A DNA stretch of 43,056 nucleotides from Vicinamibacteria bacterium. GTDB lineage: Bacteria; Acidobacteriota; Vicinamibacteria; Fen-336. A program made the position numbers and the translations under genes. The stretch is from NCBI GenBank assembly GCA_035283305.1, contig DATEUE010000296.1, positions 1 to 43,056 on the forward strand. Reading direction: 5' to 3'. This document shows positions 36,471-43,056 of the stretch, piece by piece. The stretch's first letter is position 1. Each line of letters opens with the position of its first letter. The notes under the pieces are model-generated. The model made no database searches. It was not told where the DNA came from and was given only the letters and a program-made list of their open reading frames with translations.

Positions 36471-38515
36471 TCGCGCGCCGCCCGCTGCGCACCGCGCTCG
36501 CCGCCTGGCTCGCGGGGGCTGTGTCGGTGGCGGCCCAGGACGAGGCTGCGAAAGAACCGCCCCGCCTTGCCGAGGAAGTGCTCGTCACCGCGGCGCGCGA
36601 GGAGACCCGGGTCGGCGACACCCCGGCCAGCGTCGCCGTGCTGCCGCAGGCCGCGCTGCGCGTGACCGCGTCCCCTTTCCTCGACGACGCGCTGCGCCAG
36701 GTCGTGGGCTTCTCGCTCTTCCGCAGGACGTCCAGCCGAACCGCGAACCCGACGGCCCAGGGTGTGTCGCTCCGCGGCCTAGGGGCGAGCGGCGCGAGCC
36801 GCGCGCTAGTGCTGGCCGACGGCATCCCGCTCAACGACCCGTTCGGCAGCTGGGTCTACTGGGCGCGCCAGCCGCGGCTCGGCGTGGAGCGGCTCGAGGT
36901 GCTGCGCGGCGGCGCCGCCGACCTCTACGGGAGCGGCGCCCTGGGTGGCGTGGTCCAGCTCGTCTCGCGCGATGCGCACGAGGGTCCTGCGGTCGAGGCC
37001 GAGCTCTCGGCCGGCGGAGGCGACAGCTTCGAGGGGACGCTCACGGCGCGCGCCTCGCGCGGCGAGTGGGCGGGCCGGCTCTCGGCCGAGGGCTACACCA
37101 CCGACGGCTACGTGCCTGTGGAGGAAGCGAGCCGGGGCCCCGTGGACAGCGCGGCCGCCTCGCGCCATCTCGCGTTCGACGCCCTCGTGGAGCGCCGCGG
37201 CTTCGGCGACGGTCGGGTCTTCGTCCGGGGCCAGGCCTACGACGAGGACCGCGACAACGGCACGCCGCTGCAGACGAACGACACGCGCATCGTGCTCGGA
37301 GCGCTTGGTCTCGACTCCGGAAGCGCCGAGCACGGGCGGACGTCGCTGCGCGTCTGGGCCCAAACACAGCTCTTCCACCAGGCCTTCAGCGCGGTGGCCG
37401 CCGACCGCTCGCGTGAGGACCTCACGCGTCGGCAGCGCGTGCCCGCGGACGCGCTCGGCCTGTCGGCACAATGGACGCGACCGCTCGGCGCCCGCCAGCG
37501 CGTGCTGCTGGGAGCGGAGGCGCGCCACGCCGAGGGGACGACCGAGGAGCTCGTCTTCGCGCGCGGCCTGGCCACGAGCACGATCGAGGCGGGTGGCGAC
37601 GAGACCGGGGGCGCCGTCTTCGTGCAGGACCTGATCCAGGCCCACCCGCGGCTCCTCCTCTCGACCTCGTTGCGCCTCGACGCCTGGGCCCAGCGCGGGG
37701 GGCGCTCGATCGCGACCTCGCTCGCGACCGGCGCCTCGGTGACCACGAGCTACCCCGACCGCGACGAGGCGGCGCTCAGCCCGCGCCTGGGCGTCCTGTT
37801 CCGCGCGCGTCCGGGGCTGTCGCTGGCCGCCTCCGGATACGGCGCCTTCCGCGCGCCGACGCTCAACGAGCTCTACCGGTCGTTCCGATTGGGCGACTCG
37901 CTCACGCTCGCGAATCCGGCGCTCACTCCCGAGCGGCTCTGGGGCGGCGAAGGCGGGGCGCTCGTGACCCGCGGCCGGCACACGCTTCGGCTCACGGCCT
38001 TCTCGGCGGAGGTGCGCGACGCGATCGCCAACGTCACGGTCGCGACCGCCCCCGGTCTCGTCACGCGCGAGCGGCAGAACGTCGGCCGCACCCGCTCGCG
38101 CGGCCTCGAGGCGGAGCTCGACCTGCGCCTCGGCGGCCGCGCGGTGCTGACGGCTGGATACGCGCTCACAGATGCACGCGTGGTGAGCTTCCCGGCGGAC
38201 CCCGCGCTCGAGGGCCGGCGCCTGCCGCAGGTGCCGCGGCACCAGGCGACGCTCCAGGCCCGCTACGAGGGCCGCCTGAGGCTCGGGCTACAGGCGCGCG
38301 CCACGAGCAGCGCCTACGAGGACGACCGCAACGAGCTGGAGCTGGATCCCGCCTTCCAGCTCGATCTCTTCGCCGGCTACGCGCTCGGCGGGAGCGTGCT
38401 GCTGTTCGCGGCCGCGGAGAACGTGACGAACGCCGAGATCGTCGTCGCGCGGACTCCGGTCCCGAGCCTCGCCGCAGCTCGGCAGCTGCGTGTGGGAGTG
38501 CGGCTGTCCCACTAG
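36422..38515 (+). CDS. TonB-dependent receptor
   Basis: Signal peptide, then plug-domain motifs (EEVLVTAAREETRVGDTPASVAVL, SLRGLGASGASRALVLADGIPLNDPF) and a long beta-barrel. The start is uncertain: GC3 is low between 36422 and 36470, so true initiation may be near the upstream stop. Confidence 0.8.
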   Translation: MPARQRRDPDSGDGALIARRPLRTALAAWLAGAVSVAAQDEAAKEPPRLAEEVLVTAAREETRVGDTPASVAVLPQAALRVTASPFLDDALRQVVGFSLFRRTSSRTANPTAQGVSLRGLGASGASRALVLADGIPLNDPFGSWVYWARQPRLGVERLEVLRGGAADLYGSGALGGVVQLVSRDAHEGPAVEAELSAGGGDSFEGTLTARASRGEWAGRLSAEGYTTDGYVPVEEASRGPVDSAAASRHLAFDALVERRGFGDGRVFVRGQAYDEDRDNGTPLQTNDTRIVLGALGLDSGSAEHGRTSLRVWAQTQLFHQAFSAVAADRSREDLTRRQRVPADALGLSAQWTRPLGARQRVLLGAEARHAEGTTEELVFARGLATSTIEAGGDETGGAVFVQDLIQAHPRLLLSTSLRLDAWAQRGGRSIATSLATGASVTTSYPDRDEAALSPRLGVLFRARPGLSLAASGYGAFRAPTLNELYRSFRLGDSLTLANPALTPERLWGGEGGALVTRGRHTLRLTAFSAEVRDAIANVTVATAPGLVTRERQNVGRTRSRGLEAELDLRLGGRAVLTAGYALTDARVVSFPADPALEGRRLPQVPRHQATLQARYEGRLRLGLQARATSSAYEDDRNELELDPAFQLDLFAGYALGGSVLLFAAAENVTNAEIVVARTPVPSLAAARQLRVGVRLSH

Positions 38516-39013
38516 GGGGATCTGGGCGCGCCTCTTGAACGACCAGCTCACCTCGAACTCCGCGACCACGTCGCCCGCGGCGTTGCGGCCGGTCGAGCGG
38601 GCGACGAGCGTCTGCGGCTCGTCCGCGGCCGCGGCGCGCCCGATCGCCCCCGCGATGGCGGCCACGTCCTCGCAGGTGAAGGTCCCGGGCCCGGTGAGCC
38701 GTTTCACGTAGCTCGCGCGCACGCCGACCGGCAGCATCGACACCGACCGGGGCGCGTCTTCGCGCAGCGCCAGGGCGGGCGCGCCCGTGGACATCTCAGC
38801 TGCCATGGCCTGCGCGGCGAAGTAGGTGGAGCCGAACGGGTTGCGGGTGCGCCAGCTGCCCGGGAGGCGGACGCTGCAGGCCTGCTCGTCGAGCCGCGTG
38901 ATGCGCAGGCCGGCGAAGGCCGCGAGCGGCAGCATCCTCCACATCCACAGCGTCAGCGGCAGGCCGCGGAGCACCCGCCGCCGCACGGCCTCGCCCGCGG
39001 GCCCGAAGCTCAC
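38288..39013 (-). CDS. DUF4442/hotdog-fold thioesterase-like protein with an anomalous 76-aa tail antisense to the TonB-receptor gene
   Basis: The GTG at 39013 overlaps the upstream stop (GTGA). The domain-like part ends about ...EFEVSWSFKRRAQIP at 38516. No stop until 38288, giving a 228-nt convergent overlap. Confidence 0.55.
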   Translation of the reverse strand: MSFGPAGEAVRRRVLRGLPLTLWMWRMLPLAAFAGLRITRLDEQACSVRLPGSWRTRNPFGSTYFAAQAMAAEMSTGAPALALREDAPRSVSMLPVGVRASYVKRLTGPGTFTCEDVAAIAGAIGRAAAADEPQTLVARSTGRNAAGDVVAEFEVSWSFKRRAQIPLVGQPHSHTQLPSCGEARDRSPRDDDLGVRHVLRGREQQHAPAERVAGEEIELEGGIQLQLVAVVLVGAARGARL

Positions 39014-39669
39014 GCGTCCTCGCGCTTGTCGCCGAGCGGCATGAACACGTTGCTCCAGCCGCGCTTCAGCTCGACGTAGGTGTAGACGATGCGCTGGATG
39101 GCGGTGACGTTCGAGAGGATCGCGATGATCCACAGCACCGCCACCATCTTGTTGAGCAGCGCCCCCGCGATCACCAGCACGATGCGCTCGGGGCGCTCCA
39201 TCAGGCCCACCGGGCAGCGCGGGATCAGGCTCTCGGCGCGCGCGCGCGCGTACGAGGTCATGAAGCTGCCGAACGCCGCCACCCAGACGAGGACCATGAG
39301 CCCGGTGCGCTCGAGCCGCGCGTACAGGATCAGCAGCCCCATGTAGAGCAGCATGTCGGAGTAGCGGTCCATCGTGGAGTCGAGGAACGCCCCGAACTTG
39401 GTGCCGCGGCCGCGCGCCCGCGCCACGCGCCCGTCCAGCATGTCGAAGATGGCCGCCACCAGCGCGATCACGCCGCCCACGCGCAGCAGCGCCGGGCTCG
39501 CGTAGCCGGGCCCGCCGGAGAGCCCGAAGAAGGCCGACGCCACGCCCGTGAGCGCGAGGCCGGTCATCGTGAGCACGTCCGCGCTCACGTGGGAAAGGGC
39601 CCTCACCAGCGCGTCGAGGACGGGTGAGAGCAGGGCTCCGAGCTTCGCGGTGACGGTTCTCTGGGCCAA
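39010..39669 (-). CDS. CDP-alcohol phosphatidyltransferase family protein
   Basis: DMLDGRVARARGRGTKFGAFLDSTMDRYSD matches D-G-x2-A-R-x8-G-x3-D-x3-D. Multiple TM segments. Start set to the TTG at 39669; the longer ORF upstream is Arg/His-rich junk. Confidence 0.7.
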   Translation of the reverse strand: MAQRTVTAKLGALLSPVLDALVRALSHVSADVLTMTGLALTGVASAFFGLSGGPGYASPALLRVGGVIALVAAIFDMLDGRVARARGRGTKFGAFLDSTMDRYSDMLLYMGLLILYARLERTGLMVLVWVAAFGSFMTSYARARAESLIPRCPVGLMERPERIVLVIAGALLNKMVAVLWIIAILSNVTAIQRIVYTYVELKRGWSNVFMPLGDKREDA

Positions 39670-39750
39670 CGTGCTTATCGCAGCCGCCGAGCGGCGAGTG
39701 TATGCTCCACTCCCGCGGGAGTCAAAGACAGAAAAAGCAGGAGACACCAC

Positions 39751-40770
39751 GTGATCAGGAAGCCCGTCGTCCTCATCACCGGCGCGAGCGGCGAGATCGG
39801 TCACGGCCTGATCGAGAGCCTGGCGCGGGAAGGCCGCCGCCCGATCATCACCCTCGACCTGAAGCCGCTCGACCCTCCACAAGCCGCCCTGGTCCAGCAG
39901 CAGTACGCGGGCTCGATCCTCGACGACCACCTGCTCGAGCGCATCCTGGCCGAGTTCGAGGTGGACCTCGTGTTCCACCTCGCGGCGCTGCTCTCGACGC
40001 GCGGCGAGTTCACGCCCACGACCGCGCACCAGGTCAACGTCGAGGGCATGATCCGCATGCTCGAGTTCGCGCAGAAGGAGGGCGAGTCCCACGGCCGGCC
40101 CGTCACGTTTCTGTACCCGAGCTCGATCGCGGCCTACGGCATGCCCGACCTCGCGACCAAGGCCCGCGTGGGCCGCGTCGCCGAAGACCTGTGGAACGTG
40201 CCCGTCACGATGTACGGCTGCAGCAAGCTCTACTGCGAGCACCTCGGCCGGTACTACGCGCGCCACTACAAGCAGCTCGCCGCCGAGACGCTCTCCGGCA
40301 AGGTGGACTTCCGCTGCGTGCGCTTCCCCGGCCTGATCTCGGGGGTGACCGTGCCCTCGGGCGGCACCTCCGACTACGCGCCGGAAATGCTCCACGCCGC
40401 GGCCCAGGGCCAGCCCTACGCTTGCTTCGTGAGACCCGACACCCGGATCCCGTTCATGGCGATGCCCGACGGAGTCGACGCTCTCGTCCGCCTGGCGGCC
40501 GCACCGAGCGCGTCCCTGACGCGCACGGTCTACAACGTGGGCGCCTTCAATCCTTCAGCCGAAGAGGTCCGTGCGCGCGTGGTCGCCGCCTTCCCGGGGG
40601 CCGAGATCAGCTTCGCCCCGCACCTGAAGCGGCAACAGATCGTCGACTCGTGGCCGGCCGACGTCGACGACTCCGCGGCGCGCCGCGACTGGGGCTTCGC
40701 CCCGCGCTACGACGAGCCGCGCGCCTTCTCCGAGTACCTGATCCCGACGATCAGAGAGCGGTATCGGTAG
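39751..40770 (+). CDS. NAD-dependent epimerase/dehydratase (extended SDR; threonine-dehydrogenase-like)
   Basis: AGGAG RBS 8 nt upstream of the GTG. ITGASGEIG (GxxGxxG) and the YGCSK catalytic YxxxK. Confidence 0.85.
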   Translation: MIRKPVVLITGASGEIGHGLIESLAREGRRPIITLDLKPLDPPQAALVQQQYAGSILDDHLLERILAEFEVDLVFHLAALLSTRGEFTPTTAHQVNVEGMIRMLEFAQKEGESHGRPVTFLYPSSIAAYGMPDLATKARVGRVAEDLWNVPVTMYGCSKLYCEHLGRYYARHYKQLAAETLSGKVDFRCVRFPGLISGVTVPSGGTSDYAPEMLHAAAQGQPYACFVRPDTRIPFMAMPDGVDALVRLAAAPSASLTRTVYNVGAFNPSAEEVRARVVAAFPGAEISFAPHLKRQQIVDSWPADVDDSAARRDWGFAPRYDEPRAFSEYLIPTIRERYR

Positions 40771-40780
40771 CCGCCACAGT

Positions 40781-40810
40781 CGGGGGTTGAGCGCCCCCCG
40801 GGCCCCCGCT
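40781..40810 (+). repeat. Type-2 G/C hairpin repeat (copy F), near-identical to 3874-3904 (reverse)
   Basis: CGGGGGTTGAGCGCCCCCCGGGCCCCCGCT, starting 11 nt after the epimerase stop. Lies in a convergent gap with the cytochrome c gene. Confidence 0.7.
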
Positions 40811-40814
40811 GGCG

Positions 40815-41822
40815 TCAGTTCTTGTCCCCGCCGCCGTGCTCCAGCCCGCACACCCGGCAGAGTGTCGGGTTCGGCCCGTTCGCCACGACGTGGCTGATGG
40901 GCTTGAGCGTGCGCAGGTAGGCGTAGATGGCCTTCAGATCCTCCTCGCTCATCCCCGAGTAGGCCGTCCACGGCATCATGGCGTGCAGCGTGCCGAACTT
41001 GCCGGTCTTCATCACCGCCACGAAGGTCGCCTCGTCGTAGTTGCCGATCCCGGTCGGGTCGGTGGTGAGGTTCGTCGCGGCGATCGTGCCCTGCGGAGAG
41101 GGGTACGGGTTGCCGCCGGCCATGTCGAGCCTCATGTCGAGCTGGCCGTTCTTCATCGGCGTGTGGCAGTGGTGGCACGCCGCCGTGCGCAGGACGTACT
41201 CGCCGCGCTTCTCCGGGGTCGAGAGGTCCGGAGCCGGCACCGGCCCCGTGAGCGGCTCGGGCACGCCTCGCATGACGAGCGGGAGCGGGAACGGCAGCAC
41301 GCTCTTCGGCAGCGGGTGCTTGACCGGCGCGAGCGAGCGTATGTAGACGACGATCGCGGCCAGGTCCTCGTCCGGGATGCGCCGGTACTCCTGGTAGGGC
41401 ATGAGCGCGAAGAGCGCGCGCCCGTCGAGGCCGATGCCCTCGCGGATCGCCCGCGCGATCGCGTCGTCGTTCGCCTTGCCGATGCCGGTCTCGGGGTCCG
41501 GCGTGATGTTGGGGGCGGTGAGCCACGGCATCCCCTCGGCGGACCAGACGACGCCGGCCCCGAGGCGGTCGGCGCGGGGCGGCGCCCCCGGAGCGTTCCA
41601 GTCGCGCTCGCTGTGGCAGAAGACGCAGCCGTGGCGCGTCAGGACCAGGTAGCGCCCGCGCTCGAGTCGCTCGGGGGTGGCCTCGAAGGTCCGGCTCGTG
41701 AGCGCCCGGGCTTTCGGCCCGAACAACAATGCTCGCCAGCCCACCACCGCCTGGATCCCGCCCGCCACCACCAGCAGCAGCAGCACCAGCGCAGACAGGA
41801 CGATCTTCTTCCAACGCGCCAT
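40815..41822 (-). CDS. Membrane-anchored diheme c-type cytochrome
   Basis: N-terminal TM (IVLSALVLLLLVVAGGIQAVVGW). Two CxxCH motifs (CVFCH, CHHCH). AGGAGGG RBS 6 nt upstream. Confidence 0.8.
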   Translation of the reverse strand: MARWKKIVLSALVLLLLVVAGGIQAVVGWRALLFGPKARALTSRTFEATPERLERGRYLVLTRHGCVFCHSERDWNAPGAPPRADRLGAGVVWSAEGMPWLTAPNITPDPETGIGKANDDAIARAIREGIGLDGRALFALMPYQEYRRIPDEDLAAIVVYIRSLAPVKHPLPKSVLPFPLPLVMRGVPEPLTGPVPAPDLSTPEKRGEYVLRTAACHHCHTPMKNGQLDMRLDMAGGNPYPSPQGTIAATNLTTDPTGIGNYDEATFVAVMKTGKFGTLHAMMPWTAYSGMSEEDLKAIYAYLRTLKPISHVVANGPNPTLCRVCGLEHGGGDKN

Positions 41823-41868
41823 CGAGCCCTCCTGGGCGGTCCCTCGCCGAGAACACCGAGGCCGGATT

Positions 41869-42627
41869 CTAGCGACCCATCCAGCCCCCGTCGACCACCA
41901 GCACGTGGCCGTGGACGTAGTCGGAGGCGGGCGAGGCCAGGAACACGGCCGCTCCGGCGATGTCCTCGGGCTCGCCCCAGCGCCCTGCCGGAATGCGCTC
42001 CAGGATCTGGCGGCTGCGCGTCACGTCCTGCTGGAGCGCCGCCGTGTTGTCGGTCCGCACGTAGCCCGGCGCGATCGCGTTGACGTTGATGCCGTGAGCG
42101 GCCCACTCGTTCGAGAGCGCCTTGGTGAGCTGGGCGACCCCGCCCTTGGACGCCGCGTAGGCGGGGACGGTGATGCCGCCCTGGAAGGCGAGCAGCGAGG
42201 CCACGTTCACGATCTTGCCGCCGCCGCTCACCAGCATGTGACGGCCAGCGGCGCGGCACGCCCGAAACACCCCGTGCAGGTTGACCTCGACGACGGCGAG
42301 CCAGTCCTCGTCGCTCGTGTCCACGGCTGGCGCGCGGCGGATGGTACCGGCGTTGTTCACCAGCACGTCGAGGCCGCCCAGGCCCGCGATCGTCTCGGCC
42401 ACCAGCCGGGCGGGCACGGCAGGGTCCGCCATGTCGCCCTGCAGCGGCAGCGCCCGCCGGCCCAGCGCGTGGATCCGCCCGCAGGTCTTGTCGGGCGAGC
42501 GCGTGTTCCCGTGCACGGCCACGTCGGCGCCGGCCTCGGCCAGGCCCACCGCGATCGCGGCGCCCAGGCCGCGCGAGGCGCCCGTCACGAGCGCGACGCT
42601 GCCGGAGAGCGAGAAGGGGCCGTTCAC
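41869..42627 (-). CDS. kduD: 2-dehydro-3-deoxy-D-gluconate 5-dehydrogenase-like SDR (KduD)
   Basis: Near end-to-end resemblance to E. coli KduD as I recall it (LVTGASRGLG, NNAG, YAASKGG, INVNAIAPGY, RIPAGRWG, FLAS.ASDYV.G....VDGGW). The GTG at 42627 overlaps the upstream stop. Confidence 0.8.
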   Translation of the reverse strand: MNGPFSLSGSVALVTGASRGLGAAIAVGLAEAGADVAVHGNTRSPDKTCGRIHALGRRALPLQGDMADPAVPARLVAETIAGLGGLDVLVNNAGTIRRAPAVDTSDEDWLAVVEVNLHGVFRACRAAGRHMLVSGGGKIVNVASLLAFQGGITVPAYAASKGGVAQLTKALSNEWAAHGINVNAIAPGYVRTDNTAALQQDVTRSRQILERIPAGRWGEPEDIAGAAVFLASPASDYVHGHVLVVDGGWMGR

Positions 42628-43056
42628 TTCGCCGCCCGCCCCGGGTCGAGCCCCGATCCGCAGCCGGCGTACTCCGGCTGCACGTTCACGACGCCGAACT
42701 GCCGATCGACCCCCTCGCGGTGGGCCGCCATCATCCACAGGAAGTTGATCGACCCGCCGGGGGCGGAGACGTTGGGGTGATAGCCGCACGGCATCAGCAC
42801 CACGTCGCCTTCGCGCACGATCACGGCTAGCTCGGGAGCGGCGGGGTCCGTGTACACGAGCTGGATGCCGAACGCGGGCTGCGGCATGTCGATGTAGAGG
42901 TACGCCTCCTCCAGCATTGCCGTGTGCTCGTGAGGCGGCCACGAGGTCCAGTTGCCCGGCGTCGAGAACGTCACCCCGCACAGGATCCGCCCGGCCTCGA
43001 CATTCTTGCCGATCAGAATGTTGAGCGCGCGCTCGATGGGCGGTGCGCCCGCCTTG
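42624..43056 (-). CDS. KduI/IolB-family cupin (IolB-like 5-deoxy-glucuronate isomerase), 5'-truncated by the window edge
   Basis: GNWTSWPPHEH...LEEAYLY...GIQLVYTD...GDVVLMPCGYHP...LWMMA parallels B. subtilis IolB (GNWSSYPPHKHD...EETYY...VYTD...PAGYHP). The reading frame stays open to position 43056. Confidence 0.7.
   Translation of the reverse strand, partial: KAGAPPIERALNILIGKNVEAGRILCGVTFSTPGNWTSWPPHEHTAMLEEAYLYIDMPQPAFGIQLVYTDPAAPELAVIVREGDVVLMPCGYHPNVSAPGGSINFLWMMAAHREGVDRQFGVVNVQPEYAGCGSGLDPGRAAK

Overview
Gene-dense, high-GC chromosomal window (about 70% G+C by eye, not computed). I call 39 protein-coding genes. I saw no rRNA, tRNA, CRISPR array, transposase or integrase. All family calls rest on motifs read from the supplied translations; no searches were run.

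Gene content, in order:
- pyrR-pyrB-pyrC operon, with overlapping stop/start codons
- Zn-alcohol dehydrogenase and an M28 peptidase
- FGE-domain protein translationally coupled to a PilZ protein
- three-gene operon of two unknown proteins plus a GT1 glycosyltransferase
- unannotated 46-aa membrane ORF followed by a sodium:solute symporter
- feoB followed by a Cys-rich feoA
- contiguous bshC-bshA-bshB bacillithiol operon
- Ser/Thr kinase (PEGA + TonB_C ectodomain), FHA/zinc-ribbon/RDD membrane protein, then lepB
- carA-carB
- patatin-like lipase and an alpha/beta hydrolase
- PadR regulator with an ADOP-type duplicated FtsX permease
- CGNR zinc-finger regulator divergent from an ABM-DinB fusion
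- argS, a C26 amidotransferase and a thioredoxin/TPR protein
- small secreted protein and a TonB-dependent receptor
- DUF4442-like protein, a CDP-alcohol phosphatidyltransferase and an SDR epimerase
- diheme cytochrome c, kduD and a partial IolB/KduI-family cupin

The PadR+ADOP pair together with bacillithiol genes suggests an Acidobacteriota-like organism. This is inference only.

This is mostly housekeeping DNA, and I found no defence island or mobile element. The most interesting signal is an interspersed family of G6-loop-C6 hairpin repeats, six copies in 43 kb. Two of them are about 92-nt long-form copies that are 85-90% identical. Both sit directly 5' of metal-uptake operons: feoBA and a TonB-dependent receptor operon. 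One short copy has been absorbed into the 3' end of carB.

Other points worth a second look:
- a recurring TTGnnn-17/18-TAGnnT promoter-like architecture, often with near-leaderless starts
- a duplicated GTAAC-N20-GTTAC operator candidate in the CGNR divergent region
- the kinase/FHA-RDD/LepB module
- a homopolymer-dependent 228-nt convergent gene overlap
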